Part shown: in pieces, positions 59,458 to 64,000 of the stretch
Numbering within the stretch: position 1 is the stretch's first letter
Layout of the letters: each line of letters begins with the position of its first letter
Assembly: GCA_027858235.1 (NCBI GenBank)
Contig: JAQIDC010000028.1
Location: 11,184 to 75,183 of the forward strand
Length of the DNA stretch: 64,000 bases
Reading direction: 5' to 3'
Source of the DNA: Patescibacteria group bacterium
GTDB taxonomy: Bacteria > Patescibacteriota > Patescibacteriia > Patescibacteriales > BM507
Notes under the pieces: generated by a model
Database searches by the model: none
What the model saw: the letters and a program-made list of their open reading frames with translations, nothing else
Told to the model about the DNA's origin: nothing
Position numbers and translations under genes: made by a program

Positions 59458-59549
59458 ATTATTGGTTTACAAGCATGTTTCTTATAAAAAACCCCCTAAA
59501 AATGAGGCTTGGGGGGGCTTAAATAGATCTAAATCTGCTATCTGGACTT

Positions 59550-59598
59550 AATCTATATATAGTATACTTAGAGTTCTTTATACTACTACATATTGTGT
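59550..59598 (-). promoter_or_regulatory. Tandem NrdR boxes
   Basis: ACACAATATGTAGTAG (59583-59598) and ATACTATATATAGATT (59550-59565) vs consensus acaCwAtATaTwGtgt. Confidence 0.75.
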
Positions 59599-59607
59599 TA
59601 TATTTAT

Positions 59608-59635
59608 ATTATATCACAGCTGTTTCGACTGTCAA
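59608..59635 (-). promoter_or_regulatory. sigma70 promoter of nrdR-nrdD-nrdG
   Basis: TTGACA-N16-TATAAT with extended TG. Confidence 0.8.
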
Positions 59636-59721
59636 TAATCACTATATTGCCTAATTTTAGAGGGTCAAATAAACAATAATTAAACTTCCAATAAAGTGGT
59701 TAGCAAATATACAAAAGTCCT

Positions 59722-59730
59722 TGTGGATAA
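59722..59730. promoter_or_regulatory. DnaA box
   Basis: TGTGGATAA perfect match, followed by degenerate AGTGCATAA. Confidence 0.5.
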
Positions 59731-59743
59731 GTGCATAACAAAT

Positions 59744-59770
59744 AAAAAAACAGATTAAAATCTGTTTTTT
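59744..59770. terminator. Terminator
   Basis: AAAAAAACAGATT-AA-AATCTGTTTTTT. Confidence 0.6.
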
Positions 59771-59957
59771 AGACTATATTTTCAAAAATATTTACATCAT
59801 CTTTTTCCGAATAAATGCTGGATGTATGGGTTATTCTCCGTTCTTGCTTCAAAATAATATTCTTTACTTATTCTATTGTGAATCTACTAATACTTTACCA
59901 TAACGGTGGGATAATGCAGGGTATTCTGCCGTTTAATTTGTCATAATAAAAAATATA

Positions 59958-60908
59958 TTATTGATATTCCAACACTTTTTCTGCCGGTGACAAACCACCG
60001 AGTTTTTTATGGGGCCAATAATTCCAAGCACTGGAAACGATTTGCCAATCTTTATTTATTTGCTCAATACCTTGGTCTTTCATAAAATTCGCCATCAACT
60101 TACGCATGCAATCCTGTCCGTCTTCATTATAAATCATTTCTTTTATTTCCTCCATGGTCAAAACACTATTAGTTCTTTTTATCAATTCAGCTAAATTCTC
60201 TTCCATTTCCCGCCGTCTTTCCAATATCTCTATGTTTGTTAATTTAGGTGACTCAAACCCTTTGCGCTTCGCACGCAAACCATTTAAAAAATCTTGATAT
60301 ATGCTTTTATAATAATCACTTCTAAATAGGACTTCAGTGATGAGTATATTCAAACTTTTATACACGCTAACTGGCAGACTACTGATATATTTATATTTTT
60401 TAAACCTTGCTTCAAAATTTCGATCAATCAAATCCTCTACATCCATCACAAAATTGCCAAAGCGTGTGATATTACTTTCAACAATTTTCTCAAACTCTTT
60501 ACGTTCTAAGCCCTGACTACGAATAATTTCAAAGTCACGCTTCCGGTCCAATCTTAAATCATGAATCAAATATTCAGTCGCACAAATCACAGCTTGGCGT
60601 ATTTTACCAGATGAATTTTGAATGTGCTTCAAAAAAAATTCTGCCCATTCTTCAAAATAGTCTTCGCCCACTCCGCCCCAAAGAGGCCATTTCAAAGTAT
60701 TGATAAAATAGGCTTGATGGTCAATATCTTTGATTTGATCAAATGTCTTTATTTTCTCAAGAAACACTCTAAAAGCTAAACGCCCTTCCTTGCGGTTGGG
60801 AATATAAAAATCATGCCAAAACTTCTTGACCTGTTTTTGCGCAACTTTAACCTCGGCCGGTGTGCCGGTGGTGATAGTTTGGATTAAGTTTTTTAGATAA
60901 ACTTTCAT
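59958..60908 (-). CDS. Hypothetical helical protein
   Basis: ATG at MKVYLK; C-terminal WNYWPHKKLGGLSPAE motif. Confidence 0.65.
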   Translation of the reverse strand: MKVYLKNLIQTITTGTPAEVKVAQKQVKKFWHDFYIPNRKEGRLAFRVFLEKIKTFDQIKDIDHQAYFINTLKWPLWGGVGEDYFEEWAEFFLKHIQNSSGKIRQAVICATEYLIHDLRLDRKRDFEIIRSQGLERKEFEKIVESNITRFGNFVMDVEDLIDRNFEARFKKYKYISSLPVSVYKSLNILITEVLFRSDYYKSIYQDFLNGLRAKRKGFESPKLTNIEILERRREMEENLAELIKRTNSVLTMEEIKEMIYNEDGQDCMRKLMANFMKDQGIEQINKDWQIVSSAWNYWPHKKLGGLSPAEKVLEYQ

Positions 60909-61053
60909 TGAAATTTTTTTATATCTAATAATGCACTGTACAAACAAGAACTGACCTCATTTTGATTTCAAAAAGAAAAAGTGGACCCCTCCAAAAAACC
61001 ATACCTTTTATACCTTTGTTTATTAGGCATCGCCAGATTTTTTTGCGGGGCTT

Positions 61054-62355
61054 TTATAATTTCTTTGGTTCAATTTTTTGATTTGTTTTAACATCATTCA
61101 GAAATATTTTTGAACTATGGATATTTCCACTGTAATAATATGACAATGAATTTTCTTCAAAATTATAAACCATATTTTTTTTCAAAAACTGATCTAAAAT
61201 TTCTCGCCCTTGTTTTTCAAGCAACTCTTTTTTGCCTTCTGGCAATTTGTCTGCGTCGTAAAATTCTTGTTTGAAACCTTGATATATTTTAGGAAATGCT
61301 TCAGCTAATTTTGAAAAAATCGGGACATGCATATCTTTCGCTTGTGCCTCATTTTGATTTTCAGAAAAAGCATAAAAACCAAACATATAGAAATAAACTA
61401 AAATCATTGCAGGAAAGTAGCCTTTGTAGTTTGGCATAAATCCGTCTTTTCCTTCGCCAAGTATTTTTTCTTTTAATTTTGCAACAAAAACACCATAGGC
61501 AACATTATTCTCAAATCCATTTTCTTGCATTTCCAAAAAATGATCATATAGCTGATGAACTTTTATTCTAAATATTTCCTCGTTTTCGATCTTATATTTA
61601 CTTATGAAATTATAAAAAAGGTGATGTAAAAATGCTCCTGTATTTTTTCTCAATTCCTCACTTTTATCCTTCGTTCTTACACCCCATTCATAATACCACC
61701 CAAATCCTTCAATCTTGTCCAAAAGGATTTCAAGTTGTTTTTGATCAAAACATGATTCAAGGAAATCGGCGATTTCTTTGAAGAAAATACTAATCAATTC
61801 ATCATTGAGTTCGTAATTTTTTTGATAGTCATCCTCTAAGCTAACGTGATTATTCTTTTGATATACCAGTTTGAAGTATCTAGTAACAAGAGTGATGTAA
61901 TTCAACTGTCCGACGCTATCTAAACCATTAAATCTATATTCTCCAAATAGTACTCGCAATAACGATCCGTCTTTCTCTTTTATCATTATATCATCAAGAC
62001 AAAACAGTGCATTTGGATAAATTTTTTGCCCTATAAGCATATTCAAAAATGACTCGCTATTTTCTAGAGACTTGGTCATAAGTCGCTTCAAGAAAAATTC
62101 TATGTGGTCTAAGTTATGCTTACTTGCTTTTTTCTTTTCTACATAAAAATCAACCGTGCGACCAAAAACAAAATAAGATTCAGAAAAATATTTAAGGAAA
62201 ATATCACTGGCGAAATCATTTCTAAAAATATTCGCCAAATCTTTATTACTCAAAGATATATTAAGAAGATTTTCAAATAATTCTATACACCCCCGAATAG
62301 TTTGAGATTTATCCAAGTGTGAATTAGACAATGTGCCTGCCAAAACATCCTGCAA
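61054..62355 (-). pseudogene. Probably N-terminally truncated hypothetical protein
   Basis: 433 codons from a TTG with no SD; abuts a truncated methylase fragment. Confidence 0.45.
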
Positions 62356-62375
62356 AATAAAAACTTGTTTTTTAT

Positions 62376-62480
62376 TTAGTGTTTTAATTCCTTTTCAATA
62401 TCAACAAGCTGAGTATAAAACTCATCTTTCTTGGCTTTGTTTGCTTTATGTAAATTTTTGTTTAACGATTTCTTTATCAT
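62376..62480 (-). pseudogene. N-terminal fragment of an EcoRI-family adenine methyltransferase
   Basis: MIKKSLNKNLHKANKAKKDEFYTQLVDIEKELKH*; matches the M.EcoRI-type N-terminal K.DEFYT..DIE.EL motif. Confidence 0.75.
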
Positions 62481-62498
62481 AATTTTTACTTTATTAGA

Positions 62499-62746
62499 TT
62501 ACAATACTCTATATCTCATACTTCTCCCCGCCCCTGACCTTTCAATCTTTTTTATATCCAAAAAGCTTATTCCTCCATCTTCTTTAAAATCACCACGACC
62601 TGCTCATCGAAAATCTTTCGTCCGGAAAGCCGGAGCGACGCGCCCGTGCTTTCAATAAGAATAAGTGTTTTTCTTTATAGCATTTCCAAATAATTAGGAT
62701 TTATACTCCCATCTGACAGATTAGATTTTATTATCTCCTTTTTCAT
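62499..62746 (-). pseudogene. Internally deleted Fic-family gene remnant
   Basis: LIESTGASLRLSG.K..DEQV (Fic N-terminal like) and KKIERSGAGRSMRY (wHTH wing), with an in-frame stop and a frameshift. Confidence 0.5.
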
Positions 62747-62752
62747 AGCATT

Positions 62753-64000
62753 TTATTTTTCTTTATTAAAATCCACGAATGGCAAAACCACGGCCGGCAC
62801 AAAATAAACCTCACCTTCTTTTTTCAAAACATCTTTAGTTACAATTAATTTCAATTCCACATTATCATATCGCTCCTCAAAATTCTTCATTATCATCGGC
62901 ACGCTGACTTTATTTCGATATTTCACCTCACACAAAGTCAATTTATTATTCTTGTCCTCAATCACAAAATCAATTTCTGCTCCACCATTAGTGCGGTAGA
63001 AATGAATATACTCTTTGGCATATTGTGTTAGCAAGGTGTTGTAAGTAAAATTCTCCATTACCCCGCCTTGTTCATCGGTGCCAATATTAAATGAGCGCAA
63101 AAGATAATTGCGAATACCGATATCAAGAACATAAACTTTGGGCATCTTAGAAATCTCTGAACGGATATTCTTGAAATATGGCGTTACTAAGTCAATAATA
63201 TAAGTGCCGGCTAAAATTTCTAAATATTTTTTCAAAGTATTAATTGAAACATTCGCCGTATTGGAAAGCTCGTGACTATTTACCAATTGACCGATTTGAC
63301 CAGCCAATATCTTGATCAGATTATTAAAACCAGTTACATTTTCAACATTCAATTGATTGATAATGTCTTTGTCTATATAGGTCTTAATAATCGATTTCAA
63401 AACTTCTTCTTTTTCTACTACGCCCTGAGTGGTTAAAACTTCCGGATAACCGCCATAGGACAAGTACTGTCCTAAACCTAATTCCAGCTTTGATTTAAAA
63501 GTATTATAAAATACTTCAAGCTCGTCGAATTTATCAAATCCATATCTACTTGTGTCTATACTCTCATTAAAATCAAAATACTCCTTAAAATTTACTCGAT
63601 CAACATTGAAATGAATCGCTCGACCAGTTAGATATTCTGAGTTCTTGTTTATCTCCAAGGCGCTTGAACCACTAACAATCAACTGGATTTTATCCTTGTG
63701 TTTGTCAAAGATATTTTTTAATAACATGCCAGCCTCATCCAATACTTGAAACTCATCAATCATCAAATAAATAAATTCATTGGGAAAATTGTGATATTGC
63801 TCCAAATACAGTTCTACGGTAGCCAAACTTTTCAACATTGGCGTGTTATCAATATCGTCGGCGAACAGATACGCAACCTTCTTGCCGTCAGCCTCTAAAT
63901 CTTTTTTTATCTCTTTGAGCAAATAAGTCTTACCAACCTGTCTTGCTCCTTTGATAATTAAAATCTTTTCCTTGTCTAACCAAGGACTGATTTTCTCTAA
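62753..64000 (-). CDS. AAA_14 + DUF4143 ATPase (starts beyond the window end)
   Basis: GARQVGKT upstream of the track start, IDEFQ, SGS, YGGYPE, EIDFVI...EVK. Confidence 0.88.
   Translation of the reverse strand, partial: LEKISPWLDKEKILIIKGARQVGKTYLLKEIKKDLEADGKKVAYLFADDIDNTPMLKSLATVELYLEQYHNFPNEFIYLMIDEFQVLDEAGMLLKNIFDKHKDKIQLIVSGSSALEINKNSEYLTGRAIHFNVDRVNFKEYFDFNESIDTSRYGFDKFDELEVFYNTFKSKLELGLGQYLSYGGYPEVLTTQGVVEKEEVLKSIIKTYIDKDIINQLNVENVTGFNNLIKILAGQIGQLVNSHELSNTANVSINTLKKYLEILAGTYIIDLVTPYFKNIRSEISKMPKVYVLDIGIRNYLLRSFNIGTDEQGGVMENFTYNTLLTQYAKEYIHFYRTNGGAEIDFVIEDKNNKLTLCEVKYRNKVSVPMIMKNFEERYDNVELKLIVTKDVLKKEGEVYFVPAVVLPFVDFNKEK

Noticed and set aside
59700-59770. Replication origin
   Set aside because: Only one perfect DnaA box, no dnaA/dnaN nearby and no switch in gene-strand bias.
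2886-60194. Numerous antisense or nested ORFs in the track (e.g. 9016-9459, 17976-18458, 22788-23321, 38856-39353, 44469-45041)
   Set aside because: Shadows of well-supported genes on the opposite strand or another frame.

Overview
AT-rich chromosomal segment of a Patescibacteria (CPR) bacterium, probably ABY1/Falkowbacteria-like (inferred from the missing rpmD, extended ribosomal proteins, gene repertoire and a standard genetic code with RF2). Most genes are on the minus strand. The window contains aspS-asnS behind a T-box riboswitch, recO-ruvX-map, an ABC system, the str-S10-spc cluster (rpsL to secY), a RAYT/REP repeat hotspot, a two-component pair, an RND pump, an ECF-sigma-controlled MacAB-like locus, comEC, prfB, an NrdR-regulated class III RNR operon, and a decayed defence/accessory region at the right end. 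The strongest unusual signals are: (1) an Asp T-box with an ultrashort stem I, a transcription terminator and a ~160-nt hairpin inserted in its antiterminator; (2) a 41-bp element inserted into coding sequence, including the extensions of uS5 and uL29; (3) a three-copy structured element filling spacers in the ribosomal protein operon; (4) a split NrdD whose glycyl-radical loop is a separate 48-aa peptide; (5) a direct-repeat-bounded lipoprotein+RAYT unit followed by a large structured element. All calls come from reading the sequence; no database searches were run.
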